Assembly: GCF_003704095.1 (NCBI RefSeq)
Contig: NW_020844672.1
Location: forward strand, 682,010-746,000
Length of the DNA stretch: 63,991 bases
Direction of reading: 5' to 3'
DNA from: Pocillopora damicornis
Taxonomy: Eukaryota
A model generated the notes under the pieces. That model made no database searches. It saw nothing but the letters and a program-made list of their open reading frames with translations, and was not told where the DNA came from. The stretch's first letter is position 1; the number at the start of each line of letters is the position of its first letter. Shown piece after piece: positions 10,542 through 25,500 of the stretch. The position numbers and the translations under genes are program-made.

Positions 10542-13500
10542 ATGTTAGAAGTAGAGGATTTTTCGGAGCGTGGAGATGCTCCGGCTTTGGCAATCATTCA
10601 GGACAATGCCAGAAAGAAGGCCATAAGGCAAGTTGTTGAAACCCAAGAAGAACTCACTCGAATTCACGAACGGGTTACAAGGGTAAGTATTGGTACATCA
10701 ATATTGAGGTCCTATTTAAGACCTTCATAGATTTTCCTATCTTTGTTCTTACGACTTCATTTTCATCTATAGACTATAGACGCGTACGAGCTGAGCGAAA
10801 AATTGTCCGGACATCAACTCGATGAGAAAGAAGTCGAACGTATTGCCGAAGATTTCATCCGAGAACAAGCGACTTTGGAATTTGTGGATGATATGGTGGG
10901 CAAAATGTTTTTACGAATAATTGTCAAACTGCAAAGCACAACCGGTTTTTAATCTTTGATTATAGACGTGACTCGAGCAGTAAGCTGGGCTTCAATACGA
11001 CGCCGTCATTTTGTTTTCTTCCTATCTCACCCCAAGGGAATCAAGAGGCGTCCATGTAATTGCTTTGCCTTTTTCGCCTTGCCCTCTCTTTGTCTCTTGA
11101 TTTTTGTTCGTGACTTGAGTTCACGTACTTTTCAATTCGTGAAGCAGTATAAAGGAGAGATTAAGACAAAAGCGACTTGTTCTCAAGCGTATACTGAAGT
11201 CTTTTTCTTATCTGAGTTTATATCCACAGTCTAATCTGTGGGATCCATGAAAATTAATTTTACTCACATGAGCATGATTTATCAGAGTTGGTCCAAGAGT
11301 ACTCGAAGGGCAACTAACTTGCTGCTATATTTTTATCAGTTTTGTTCATTCTGGCGTAAATAATAATTACCGTCTTCTTGAAATTATTATTTCATCGTAT
11401 TGTCGATTTTAAAAACCATGGCCGCTCGGTATTTCAATGGAAATGAAAAACTCCTGCCTTGAGAAACTTGTGCAATACATATTAAGAATCATTATCACAG
11501 CTGACCTTACTGTGATAACTCTGTCTAGTTGAAAACTGTCACTGAAATAATAACAGATACTGAAATGCAACACTGCATGCAATAAATTAAATGCTCCACA
11601 AACCATGTAACACTTGCAAGACAGTTCCTTTCCATTTCTGATCCCAAAATCTAATACCTTCTTCAGCAATGCAAATTTAAATTTTGATGGCATGTTAAGG
11701 CGACCGCTTTGTTCTACTGGAGAAGGCTTGTGGCTGCCAGATCTGGGAAGGGAATCAGAGAAATAAGCCTGTCCTTTTGTGATGCAACTTCCTACTTTAA
11801 CAAATGCATTGATTATCACCTGTTTTTCCTAGACTCAGCTGCTCATTATCTTATCAGACCCAGTAGCTAAACGAAAGGTAAGATTCATTTTTGATGAATG
11901 AGATTAAACACTTGCGAGTGTAGTGAGGGATCTTTTCAGACTGGTTGGTATGAGACAACTGGAAGCTTAATGTAGGGATTGGATTGAAATGTGCTTCCTT
12001 ATGAAATTTACCCTGTGGGCTAGTGAGTGAAAACAACTGTTTTTTGTCATGAGAATTCTACTTGCCCCTCTGGGAGACCTTGTAGCATATTGGTTAATAC
12101 ATGTCTGCACTGAAAATAACAAAGTCAGCATTTAGGATCTGGTTTGTAGAGAGGAATACCATTGATTTTGCAAGTTCCTCTTTCCACTCTCTGATTCATG
12201 GTACTGAAATGGAGACAAGCTCTGATGGGATACTGACTTTCCAGCTTATAAACTGACTAGTTCTGTGACCTTGAAAACAATGAAAAGTTATCTACTTCTT
12301 ATAAACCAAGTGGGAGGACTAGTACTGTACTGGAAAACATTGGCCCAAGGTCATTTTTGTACAAGGGTCAATATTCTCCAGTATGACTAGAGCAATTAAG
12401 GTCAGTAGGTTGTTAATTATATATACAGCACTTGGACCAGACTTGTATATTTTGAATTTGCTGGCTTTTGCAAACAAAATGATATGGCTCACGAGCATTC
12501 CTTTGGAAATGGTCTGTATGATAAAAATCCCAACCAAGTATTAAAACAAATCAGATTGCTTAGATTTATCTCAAGACTACCTTGCCCTATAAAGAAATAC
12601 ATTCATTTTTTTCATAGTTTTGCAATGTAACTCATGAAAATGAAAAAAAAAAAAAAAGAATATATACAAATACCTTATATCTACCTTAGTATCAACAGCA
12701 AGTTGCAGTTTTTATTGTTGGATTTGAAAATCTGTGTGGACGCAGAGCCAGGGTAAGTCCTTACTCTTTGGTATTGAAGTTTAACTTGTGAAATTTGAAT
12801 GTAAGGATTCCTTGATGAACTGCTGAATATTTGTATCAGCAATACTTTTTAGGCAAGTGACCAAATGATAGAAAGATCTGTTTTCTTTTTCAGCTTTTGG
12901 CCCAGCTACAAGAGGTAAGTGTATACACTGCTCTATTTTGTTTATTCAAGGAATCCAGATATTGGTTTTGACATAAGCTTTGTCAACAACTGGAAGTTTC
13001 ATGTTGCAGTTTTTGATGTCCGTAAGATTGTTTTGTTTGATGGGGTAAATTTTTGATGCTGTACTGTGCAGTAAAATACTCTTTTAATGCAACATGATGA
13101 ATCTGATCTGGGTTAACTTTTGTTGGCTGCAAGCAAACTCACATGAGCAAATTGTGTGGGTCTTATGACTGATATAGTAGGCTATAAACCAGGAATTCCC
13201 CTCTCATAAAAGTCAAGTGATGGAAATTTTTTTTTCTTACCTGTGAGTGTAATTGCATTTATCTAAACTTTCTTTGGTTTTTTTTATAGTTTTTCTCACA
13301 GAATGGTAGAAATGAAGATCAATTTGACATAGAACCTCCAGACTTTGACATTGAAGATGTTGGTGCACAAGTCAGGTAAACACACACAATAAAATGAAGA
13401 AAATTTGTCATCAAAAGCTATAAGTTTTAATAAATAGACCAGATTGAACCCAGTATATAACTAATGAAGAAGACCAAGTATGAACTGTATTTAATTTCTT

Positions 13501-16500
13501 GTTCAAAGGATTGGTTTAGGGCCATGTATGGCCAAGGACATCATCAGGCAAAACAAAGATATTCTTACAGAGCCTCTTTCTCCCTGAAGGAGTATAAATG
13601 GGTACTGGAAAACTGTGAGAGGAACTCTCACAATGCATTGTGCATTGGACCAGCAACACCATTTAGGGAAAGTGGTATTACTCCAGTAGTCAATATCGCT
13701 CTGAAAACTAGGAGAGGTCTTTGTGGCATTTGCTACTTGGCTGAAGAATAGATTTTACCTATGATTGATGCACATGTCACTACATTTTGTTGGTCAAGCC
13801 AAATTACCATAGCCATCAAGCCAATCAAAATATTTTGATGTTATCATCTAATAAATTAATACAGTTTTGAATTACAAGGAGTCTTTTCCTTCAATTTTTT
13901 CAGAGATGCCCTGGACAAAGCAGAAAAAGCAACTGAGAGACTGGCTACAGTCTCAAAAGATGTTATCAAAGCTTTAGAAATAGCAAATCCAAAAGAAACC
14001 AAAAAGTAAGTTTTAAGAGCATGTTTCAAACCCAATCTGATTAACTTTATGTTGCAAGTTAGGTCCACTTACCAATAAATAAATATTATGCAAAAAAATA
14101 TATGAATTAATGAATAGACAAATAATTAGAAATATGAATAATTAGACACATAAATACAGACTTTACATTTACAATACTTCTTGTCAAGACTAGCTTTAAT
14201 TTACAATCTTGTTTTGATGCAGCAGGACTATTAAGTGGCCTAAGAGGTTGCTTGCTTAAGCCCTATTAAATTTTTTTTACCATGCTTGAACAAATTACAG
14301 GATTTCTGCTATCACTGCAAGCTGAAGTAGAACTTGATTTTATTTCTAGAAACATTTTAACCAAAAAAAAATTACTTTGCTCGTTTATTTCTCAATGGGT
14401 GAAGATCACATCTGGCATTTTATCTTGCAGTTTTCATTGCTTTCATGTTGTGCAAATGTATATGAGCCATTAGTTTCCAGAAGAATTCTTTAAGAATTAA
14501 GTTATTATTTGATATCGAGGGCAGAGGTGAGAAATAGGAAACTATACTGACCAGTGAAACTAGAGACTGCCGTTTTTATGAGGATCAAGCAACACACTTG
14601 ACCTTAATTACATATAAATTGGCTCTGGCTACTTATAGAGTTTACTATAATTGAATTTCATACTTTGACATACAGTATAAACTAACCTTACTTTGCCCAA
14701 TTCATTTACCTTCATTGAAACTAGTAATTCAACAAACATTATTCATCAGATACTTACTAAAATCACCTTCTCCGTATCATGACCCTTCCTTTGTGTCAAC
14801 CAAAAAAAACCAGTCACAGACCAAAGAAAGATATGTGGCTGTTATGAAAAATGCCAAGTTTTTAGTTACACTTCTTAAGAATAAAAATCATGTTTGTTTA
14901 CTTTCACTTACTCCAAAGGAAAACCAAGATTAAGTGTCATTCAAAAGAAAAGCTTTTCTTTGTGACAACTCAGTTAGATCATGAAAAGTATTCATTCACT
15001 GTTGTTATTAAAATTAGGCCATGGTAATCTCTAAACATTAATTAGTTTTGAGTCATTCAACTGTTTGGTATGCATTGGATCAATGCTCATTAATTGGTTT
15101 CATTGTGAGAATCTCAAGAGAACACATGAGCCGCTATTGTTTTGATGCTAATGAAAACACAGTTGCTAGGCATTTTCAAGAAGAGTCTTCAGATTTCTGT
15201 TAAACAAAATCCCTGAAGCAATAGGTCAACACATGAGACACACAAACTGTCTTTGTGGTTTTGGGTTGCATTGTAAAGTGAACACTCCATTTGGAAGAAG
15301 GGAAAGTCAATTTATTTGAAATTTGATGAATTATAGATCCATCCGATGATGGTTAGTGTGTTAGTGTTAACATTGGGGATTTTTAAGTAGTGAGATCTAG
15401 TTGAGTTATCACTTCACATTTTTGTTTATCTGCTAATTAACAATAAGTATAGTGTTTTATCAAGCTGGGTATGAATATACACTCTGATGTGCACTGCGTG
15501 TTGATAGAAAGTACCAATTTGGGGTGTAAAGGCAGTGTAATCTTTGCTATATTGTTACTTAAGTTGTAGATTTGAAAATTGAAAAATGAACCAGCTAAGT
15601 CTTGTCATGGTTTAGTGTTTGTTAGTGTTAATCCTTTGCTGTGAAATGTATATTCTAATTCATTCTGTTCCCTCAGAGCTAGAGATAAGAATCAATGTCA
15701 GTAAAGTTCAATTAATAAAAGCAACACTTTTGCTTTGTGATTTCTTTATTCTTCACGGGTGAGATCTAAATTATGACGGAGAGTATAATGATTGTGCGCT
15801 TCACGAAGTGAGTGGCATGTTATTTATCATGTTCTGATTATGACAGATGAATTCATTTTAGGTTGATTAAAACAGTCTCTGCTAAAATTAAACTGGTTTT
15901 GTTTTGATTTGTTTTTTACTACCCAGGGGAAAAAAGAAACTTGAGCGAGCTCTTCAGCAGGCACAGCAAGATATTTTGTCACTGACTGAAAAACTGATCA
16001 GAGTACAAAATGGTAAGTTGAGCATGTGGAGCAACCATCAGTGACAATTAATCCAGACATCATTGATCCATTCTTATTTATTGAAAATCATTATTCTTAT
16101 TTGTCATGTCCAAAGCACCTCAATGTTAATTCAGCGACACCATCTTTTAGATATATTTGTTGTTTTTTTAATAAGTGGGATGTACACAATTTCATCACAG
16201 AATTGTCTGTCTTTGATAATTCACCTGGAATCATCTGTTTCTGAAGTCGCTCTGTGGATACATGTACAAATACAGTACTGTATGTTCCCTGGCCATACAA
16301 AGACTAGGAAGCTATAAATTAAACAGTTTTAAAGACCCATGTGATTACCCAGAGTCAATGTCACAACTATACAAACAATGACAAATTACTGATAACAACT
16401 TCTGGGCTAGTTGTATGTGATGCTGGCAATTGCTGTGACTGGTTTGCCTGTTGTCTTGCAGAGTTCAGTTTGTGACATGTAGTGAATTAGTTTTTTTTTG

Positions 16501-19500
16501 TGTACTAAGAATTTTTATGGAATAAATTTGTTGTAGATCTTGAAGAAAGTGAAGGCAAGATGTCCCAAATGTACAAGTCTATGGAGATGAAACAAGTGGA
16601 AATTGAAAGGTATGATTTATAGTCCCTCCCATACCTTTGATTACCATAGTATTTGTTGTTGTTTCAAATTATTATACATCAAGTATAGATGCTAAGTAAA
16701 ATTGACAGTTGGGTAAGTTACATTTTACCTCTCTTTATAGGCTTAAGGTTCAAGGGGAGAATGCAAAGGTAAGCCTGGTTCTTTTGTTGCCTACAATCAA
16801 GTTTTAAGGGAGAGGAGAAGAATTTAGAATTTTAAGAATTGAGCATATTTATTTCCAGCACTTTAGGAAAATCTGCAAATAACAAAATCTTGCTCATTTT
16901 TAATGATATTGCAGAAAGCTAATGAAACAATCAAAGAGTTGAAAGTGGAGCTTACTGTCAAAGATACAGACCTTCAAAGAGCCAACAAGGTGATAACATT
17001 TTAAATAAAATAATCTGTAAATTACCACTGATTGAGGCACATGGGTAAATATAAGAGTAAAACTTTGAGTTGGTTTCATCTGTTCTTCAGAGTCTTAAGA
17101 TCAATGCATATTGTGAAACTAGTCTTACTGTGATGCAATTCGCTGCTAATTTATGTTTCCTGTCTCCCTTTTGGTGATTTATGTAGCTTATTAGTTACCA
17201 ATACTACCCTTAATTTTGCAATATTTAACCTAAGATTACAAAGATTGTAGCTGTTGTGTTATTTTTCTTTAATTACTTGAGTTTATTAGTCCCTCTCTTG
17301 AAGGATAAATTTATGTACACAATTTCTAGTTAATTTTATTTTCAAGTGTATTACTTTTTCTAGACGATTCAAGAACTTGAGCTAAATCTAGCTCATTTAG
17401 AGGATAAGCAAGAGAGAGATTTTGAGAGAAACAAAAAAATGAAAGAGGAAAACCAGGTAAAGCCAAACCATTTTCTAGTTAAAAAATTATTATACTTAGA
17501 TCTACATTGACAGGAATTCTAATTTTATACAGACATGCAGCTCCTTTTTTCCCAGACTGAGTACTTTTAATAATTCTATAAATGATTCCCATCTCTTTTA
17601 GCTAACATAGCTAACCACAGGCCATCATACTAGTGAGTCATTGCCTAGTTACCATGGCTTTGGGGAGACCTTTGAATTCCTTGCAAGATGTACATTGTGA
17701 TTTATGCATTTGATATAATTTAGTACAAGCCAGCTTTCTTTTCATTTAACAGGTTCTTTTCAATAAAAAAAAGTCTTAATTTGTGCCATGGCACTATGTG
17801 AAAAGAGTGGTTTCAGTAAATGTTTGTCCTTTTGCAATATTCCCACAGGCACAAGAATAGCTCTAAGGTTAACCTAAAATACATTGTATGCAGGTGCACT
17901 TTTATTACCTTTAGGGTGACAATCATGTTTTCTTAATTTTTACTTTGCAGAAATCTAAGGATACATATGAAGAAAAAATTCGTGATCAGCAGCAGTATAT
18001 AGCAGATCTGAGATCAGGTGAACTCTGATTAGAATTATTGTAATTGATATTTACAGTTTTATTTCATAATGTGTACTTAAAAAGGTAAACCATGATTAGT
18101 CTTCCACTTTCCCTGGCTATCATGCTATGATACACCAGGGAAAAAAAGATGCAATGAGGTGTCCTTTGATGATAATTTTTATAAATCAATCAATAAATCA
18201 GTCAATCAGTCAGTCAACAATTAAACAATCATTGCTAATGTTGATGTGTACTGCTTTAGAATTGAAGCAACATTATGATGAACAGGTCAAGGAATTAGTG
18301 GGTGGCCATCAGAGAGAACTGAGCCAAATTCGGAGTGATCACAAGGTTGAGCTGGATAGGATGCAAAAGGCACTTGATGTTGTAAGTTACCAACATTTTA
18401 GATTATTGTTTTCTACAAATCATCCTCAATTTGATGCACATTTCTTTGTTTTTCCATCTCTTTCAATAATAAGTTTAATGAAGACTTTCTGGGTGAGAGT
18501 AGCATTAAAATAAGTTGGGAATTTACCATAAATTTTGCAACCAAATGCAAAATTGCAATTGTTTGACCATTTGCATCCACACTGCATGTACAAAGTACAT
18601 GTCTGTGCATCAGCCTCCAGCCTCCACCAAGTAAGAGAAGTTTTCTAGGAAACTTTTACTGCTGATAGATATAAACACAACCTGAGTAATAGCCATTTTC
18701 AGAGTCCAATGAAGACAGAAACTCCTGTGATTTTATGGGCTTTTCAATATACCCTCTCCTTATTTTGAAATAAGTTTTTTATTCATCTTGATGATAAAAT
18801 AGTGATCAAACAGTAACAGAGGCTGTAAACTCTCTTGGCAGGCAAGAAGAAAAAGTGAAGAGCTTAAAACTGAGTTGTCAGATTCCAGCAAGCGCAACTC
18901 AATAGCAGCTGACTCTGGAAGCAAACGAAGTAGTCTGTTTTCACCAGAGAGTGATGGTGGAGAATCTCCTCGAAAACTATCAATGAAGTCTTCAGCTCAG
19001 GCTGTTAGATTCTTGAACAAGGGAAAACAGAGTTTGGTAAGGAATTGCATCTATGCATGATACAATGTAATACAAAATGATTAAATGTTATTTTTGTCAT
19101 GTGGCAGGCTGATCATACTATATTATTTATATATGCTAGGTAGCTTGGTTTTACATACCTGCAATTGCTTGCATATACTTTTGCTGGTATATGTGTGCTT
19201 TTGGCAAACTGATTCAAGGGGAGCTTGAGTCCCTTGTGTCTACTTAATGCATTTTTTACAGTTTGTATTTGAGTTGAAAAAGTATCAAAACTTTGCTATT
19301 TTGTGCATCAATTACCTTCTTGTCACAATTCAGTTTAATGTGTATGCTTTGTGGAGTTGTTATAAGAGGCATTGGTCTGTTATCTCCTGTTAATTGCCAT
19401 GCATGATATATGCACATGCATTGCCCAATATTGGATCAGTTTTTTGATGAATGATTAATTATTTTATATGATGTAGTTTCAAAAAAATTGCAAGATATTG

Positions 19501-22500
19501 CTACTTTTCTCTGCATGGGACAAAAAAGAATATCTGAGTTCAGCTTGAGGTATAAAATTCTAAGTCAGTTCTAATTTTACAATTGTTGCTGTACTGCCGT
19601 CAAGAATGTGTTGAAGTAAAAGGTTTTTACCTTTATTTATTCAGAGTGATGGAGGATCAGCTTCAGACCAAAGTGACAGTTCTTTAACACCAATAAACAA
19701 GTCAACAACACCAACCCAAACATCACCGTCTGTGGAGATTACTCAAGAGAAGGCTGGTGAAAGCCCTTCACGAAAGTCTTCTCTTTCCCGCCAAGAATCA
19801 AAAACTGACAGCAAAAAGAGCAGTGCTAAAGAGAAGAATTCTGCAGGAACACCAGAAAAACAGTTGAAATCAAAATCCCCTGATAAAACACCAGCTGCTG
19901 TTGAACCCTTTGAGAAAACAGAAACATCAGGTGAAAATTCTGAAGTGAAACGGACTGCTACAGCAGAGACAACAAATAGTCAAGGTAATCAATTAAGTCT
20001 CATCCATCATTAAAATAAGGCTGGAGAAGAACTACAGAACATTTGCCGTATGTTGAATTTTTCCCACGATGGAACCCTAACATTCCCCCACTTTGTTGTG
20101 AAAACCTATCCCTGGAAAAAGTTTTCTAGGAAGTTGACAGCCCAGAAAGTTTTAGTAAAAGCGGGTCACTGCCACCTGTAAGACCGCTATCTGTTTAACC
20201 TGCCAGCAGACTCTCGTGTTTGGCTTTCGTCTGACGGTATGTTTTCCGGACACAGCCGACTATTACACCATGGAAAAAAATATTGAACCCCCTGTTTGTT
20301 GTTAAGTCGATCTAATTTGTTTGCAGCCTTGTTTAGTTCACATGCTCTTTTTTCCTAGCCTATTCTTTTATCTTGCAGTTGATTCTTTAACTAGAGTTCT
20401 ACTCTACTTGGTTACCCTCATGGATTAAATATTTTTAAAATAGAAAGGCATTGATTTGTATGCATTATGCCCCTTTCCCTGTTGCCATCTCTTACTAAAG
20501 CACGGTTTCTTGATTAATTTTTTTTCGCGCATTTCCAGTAGGCATTGTGAAAGTCGAGATGGTCGACATTGGTATTCAAAGTGAGACAGAAGATTTAAGT
20601 GATAACGAAACTGCTGCACAGCAAACAGGAAGGAGGCCAACCATGTTGCAAGTTGTTCCAGAGGTTGAGGAGGAACACGAACAGGACAATGAATTGGTAT
20701 ACTGTGGTTTAGATTTTAAGATCATAGACTTGTTTGTTTTGTAAAGAATGGTTAGTCACTCGTAATGTACTGCACCTGTCCCTATACTAAATCCAACCCT
20801 TGAACCCCTGGGTGTGATTTAAACATGGAACCTGGTTTGAAATTAAAATGCATTATCTAATTAAAAAGTTAGTCATCGATTTTTTTGGCGAGAAAATTCC
20901 AAGTCCTTTTCATTAGTTACCTCAGGGAGGGAAGGGGAGAGTTAAAGAATATTAGAAAAGTGCAATAGAAAAAATCTTTTTCTACATTGGGGAGAAGAAG
21001 AACTAGAAAGATCTGCGAAAGGCTTTCTTTATCTTGCGAGGGTTACACCGTGTCTGAAATCTAACTTGCTTTGCCTCAGATTCACCCTGACGTGGCGGTT
21101 TTTTTCATTGTAGGAGTCGCAATCTCAAGTTTATCTCATAAAGAAACTAGAAGATTACAAGGCTAAGGTATGATATAAAATGAACACACAGCACTTTTTG
21201 TGGAGCTACTTGTTAAACGCTCTTTTCAATACTTTTATCTATAGGTCTGATCATGCATTGCTTATTTGATTCGTGAGAGTCTTTTGCTTTTTTTAGGCAC
21301 AGGAAAGGCAGAAAAAATTGGAACTAGAGCTTGCTGAATTGAAGAACAAGGTAGCACACGTAACCCTTTACCCCTTAAGTTCAGTATGCATATTCTCCTA
21401 ACTTTTCCTGTGTATTTCCTTCGGTAATGACGAGGAGAATTTGTTTAAAAGCTAAGAGCTTCTTTAGGTGGTGATCATTTCTTTTCCTTTGACACTGTAA
21501 GGAGAAATTACATTATAGCTGCTGGTCATTCTCAGGGTTAACGTCACGGATTACCAGTGTAGGCCATGTAACACTTGACGGTTGATAATTAAATTGTTCT
21601 TGTTTTTTGTAGTATATGATGAAAACCAATTCTTTGAAAAAGCAAAATGAGGAAGTTCAGAACAATTTTATGAAGGTGAGCAATGATTTCAATGAGCTTG
21701 AAAGTGGTACTTCTCTATCTTTCTCACCCGTTAATCCTTTTCATTTTTGAATATATATCCGACCTGGCATAAGAAATTTCAAAGGTTTGTATTTGGAAAG
21801 TATTTCCTTTATTGTTGGATAATATTAGTTTTCTCAAAGATACATTTGATTAGCTTGTGATGTGATCAGCTCATCAAGAACTGAAGAGTAACTTATGATT
21901 TGTGGAGTAAGCCAGTCCTTTAAAATGTTTGTTGAATCCAACCCATCAGGAAAAAGAAGTGTTGCTCAGTAGGATTAAAGATGCTGAGTTACTGAAGGTA
22001 AGGTCACTTCTCTACACTCTTATCTTTTAAAAAATGCCCGAATGAAAGGTCGAGGCTCGACCATTATTTTGAGGCGATTGAGTTGGAAAACGCAAAATTT
22101 ACGTTGCTTCTCTTTGTTCTCCTTTTTCATTACAGGAACAAGCAGAAAAAGAGGTAACTAACAGCATATAGTCAGTTAAATACTTTGTCATTAGTTATGA
22201 TATCGCGCTGACAACGGTGCTTGTGATAATATTTTGTAAAAAAAAGGGTGTGTCCCAGTATTTCAGAATGTTGAACTTTTTTTACTTTAACCTCTAATTG
22301 CCAAACTGACAGGGCACAATTCTTGTCTAGAGGCGAAACTCCAGCATACGAGAATGATTTGCAATTTTTAAGAGTGTAATTTACATTACGCAAATCAAGG
22401 TAAACTTGAAATAATAAAAAGTCGGCGCTATTTCTTGGTTTATCTGAAGGCAGGCTATTTCAGTCTTCCCATTTTTACCCATTCATGCCGAGTCCCTTTG

Positions 22501-25500
22501 TGGCTTTGCTGTATTTTTTAAGTTGTTCTCCTCCTACCAGGCAGTATTCTTTAATTTTAACATATCATCTTTTTTACTTTTTTAGGCTGAACTGGCAGTT
22601 CTGCAGCTGGTTAGTTATTTTGTATTTTTTTATGGTTAACGAGTTTTATTACAACGCTGGCAGCGCCTGTGGGCAATATGAACCGAATCCTATGTTTTGA
22701 TTGGCTACCTGAGTGGGCAAGATGGGCCCATCTTGCCCGCTCGGGATTGCCCGCTTTGATACGAAAAAAAAATTGAAGTAGGACCAACTTCGTAATTCTT
22801 GCGATTGAGACACAAAAAGCGGCAGAAACAAAGAAAACATAAACGACTCTCGTTGTATTATGGTGCTACAAACGTAGTTGTCTCTCTTTCCCGGCTCTCG
22901 AAGTAATCAAGCCATTCTCGATTCTTAATAAGGGGAAATATTTTTGCACCGTAATAAATCCTTTATTGACCAATCTCGTTTTCTCAAGATGGGTGGACAT
23001 TAGCCACGTTCCTTTTTTTGCATTTTTATATATCTCGACTTCGTCTCGGTCCGCAAAAAATGCGAAAAAAGAACTCGAACATTATTCGGCCATCTTGACC
23101 TCACGCCTGGTCAATAACTAAAATTTATAAATTGGGTTTTACAACAAAAACGCATGAACATCGATTGGGAGAATAAAGTAAACGTCCAATTTAACGGATG
23201 ACAAGACACACTTTTGAAATCAATAAGTTGTTTGCAAGGTATTTTGAATGCTAACACTTGTAATCTTTTGTTTTTTAGGAAGAGTTCCTCTCCGAACAGG
23301 AGGAAATGGTAAGGCAACGAACTTAATTTGGTGACTGCTTGATAGGGTTGTTAACCATAACCCCTGAGAGTGGCTAGCATTTATTTTCGCTCTCCAAAAT
23401 CACCACTAAATGAAACATTCCAGTCATGAAAATGATGCAAATGATCATCAACTACAAAGGCTCTTGATTGTGAAACAAATTCTCCATTTTGGTAGAATAT
23501 ACACTCTCTGAAGTTAGGTTATAAAGGTTGAGTCGTGGTGGAGAACCTGTAAAGAAATTTTTTGTTTCGCTAAGTACAGAGTACAAGGTGGGTTGTGTTG
23601 TGTTGCACCGTGAAGATGATGCTGGCCATGTGTTTGAACTTTGTATCTCACACAGACCTGGCTTTACCAAAATATAACTAAATTACCATTGGTAAGTTCT
23701 CAACAGCGGTAAAAATCTGCCGGAAAATTTTCACCGGGACCGCTTAGAGGTGGATATGACCTTTGAAAGGCCGTCGCCGCTTCATAACCGGGTTTATATT
23801 TGAGATTTATGTTCAAAGTTAACATGGAATTTTGGTACAATATTCCTTGGGCATGGCTCGATTTGGTTTCTTGTTAGTGGCATCTTGGGCGCTCTGGAGG
23901 AAGGGAAGGGGAAGAACAAGAACTTATTTAATAGTATTATTTCTTTCACCTGATTTCCAACTTTCTTGTACCGTGGCCTTCCCAACATAGAATTTTGTCT
24001 TCACAGAGGCAACTAAAGGAGAAAAGTTTACACGATAAACATGAAGAACAGACAATGACGGGCTTGTCACTTTACGACAGACGTGAAGAGGAAACCATGA
24101 CAAGCAACTCGATATTTGACAAACAAGAGCAAGAAACCATGACTAGTAAATCCCTGGCAAACATGCGTGAGGAACAGACTATGACCTCCATGTCCCTGGG
24201 GACAGACCAAGAACAGGTACTTTTGAATACAACTAGTCTCCTTTCTATGCTGATGTCTATTAGCGGGTGAGCATGGTTTTTATGGCTTGTTTTTCTGGGA
24301 CTTCGTTGACTCAGAAATTTCCAACTCCAGGTTACTTAATTGTGTCAGAATTCTTACTCTGAGGTTGAATCCTGATATAATTTTGAGTCTATGTTACACG
24401 ACACCATTGAGACTGATGAGTGTTTGGAAATTTTCAGGCTAGCATGCTTGTCAGTGTTACAGAGTTGTCTGCCCTTCCCTTCTTCCCGCCCGATTCTTCT
24501 CCTACTGACCCGAGTTCTACTCTGATTTGTTTCCATTGCAGATCAGCGATTCAAAGAGGCATCAATCCGTTGGGAGTCAGTCGTCGCGTCAGTCCTCTGC
24601 TCATTTGATGGACAGTGTAACACAGGATCAAAGTGCTGAAAGAGGTCTGAGTCCACGTGACAGTGGGTTTGATGGAGCGGCCTCAAGCCTCAAGTATGAC
24701 TCCAGACCGAGTTCACCTACCGTGAAGTTTTCCGTAGATGAGGTTAGTTGCTAGTGGTAGTTGTATTTCGTGTTGTCTCGTGTGCTTTTAGAAACCGTTT
24801 ACCAAAGAGTGAAACAAATAAACTTTCATCTCGTGTACACTTTCGAAGCTGAGCTACGAAGCCACATGTTGGGAGCGAGACAAGATTTGGAGGGTTTGTC
24901 TTTCTCGCAGAGGAGTCTGTTACAATCTCAATGAAATAAATTTCATTTGACCTGGGGATGCAATTGAAGGAAATGGTGAAGCTTTGTAGCTCAGTTGGTA
25001 GAAGCGCCAAACTAGTACCTGTACAAGCTTTTAAAGAATGGGCCAAATGGCTTGACTTCAAAGCCTTTACCTATCTAGTTCTTTCTTCTGCAGCAACGTC
25101 CTCGAGAATCGAAACCAACAATGCTGTCTCCCCCTCAGCAGACAAGACCTGCTATGAGTGCTAGGGCTCGTAGGCGACTCATAAACTCTGCTCTCGGCGA
25201 TCACCCAGTGGCTCAAGAGACATTGCGGACATACCAGGCAGTCCTGCTGTTTAGTCGTAACATAACGCAGTGGTTGGACCGCGAAGGGCTTAGTGAAGAA
25301 TCTGATCTGTTGAAACGTGTACAGCCTGTGGTTCTCAACCAGGTGAACTGGAAAGCTATTGAGAAATAATATCTGAAACAATTACTTGCTGTAACGACTT
25401 TCTGGTCTCTTGGTTGTGAAGTTTTCCCTTGATAGATTATTATTTTTGTTTTATCAGTTGCTGTGAGCATGCTTTTGCATATTTTTTTTTTGTTTTCTTT

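Noticed and set aside
11409-11819. 136-aa antisense ORF in an intron
   Set aside because: No recognisable motif or splice context, so likely chance.
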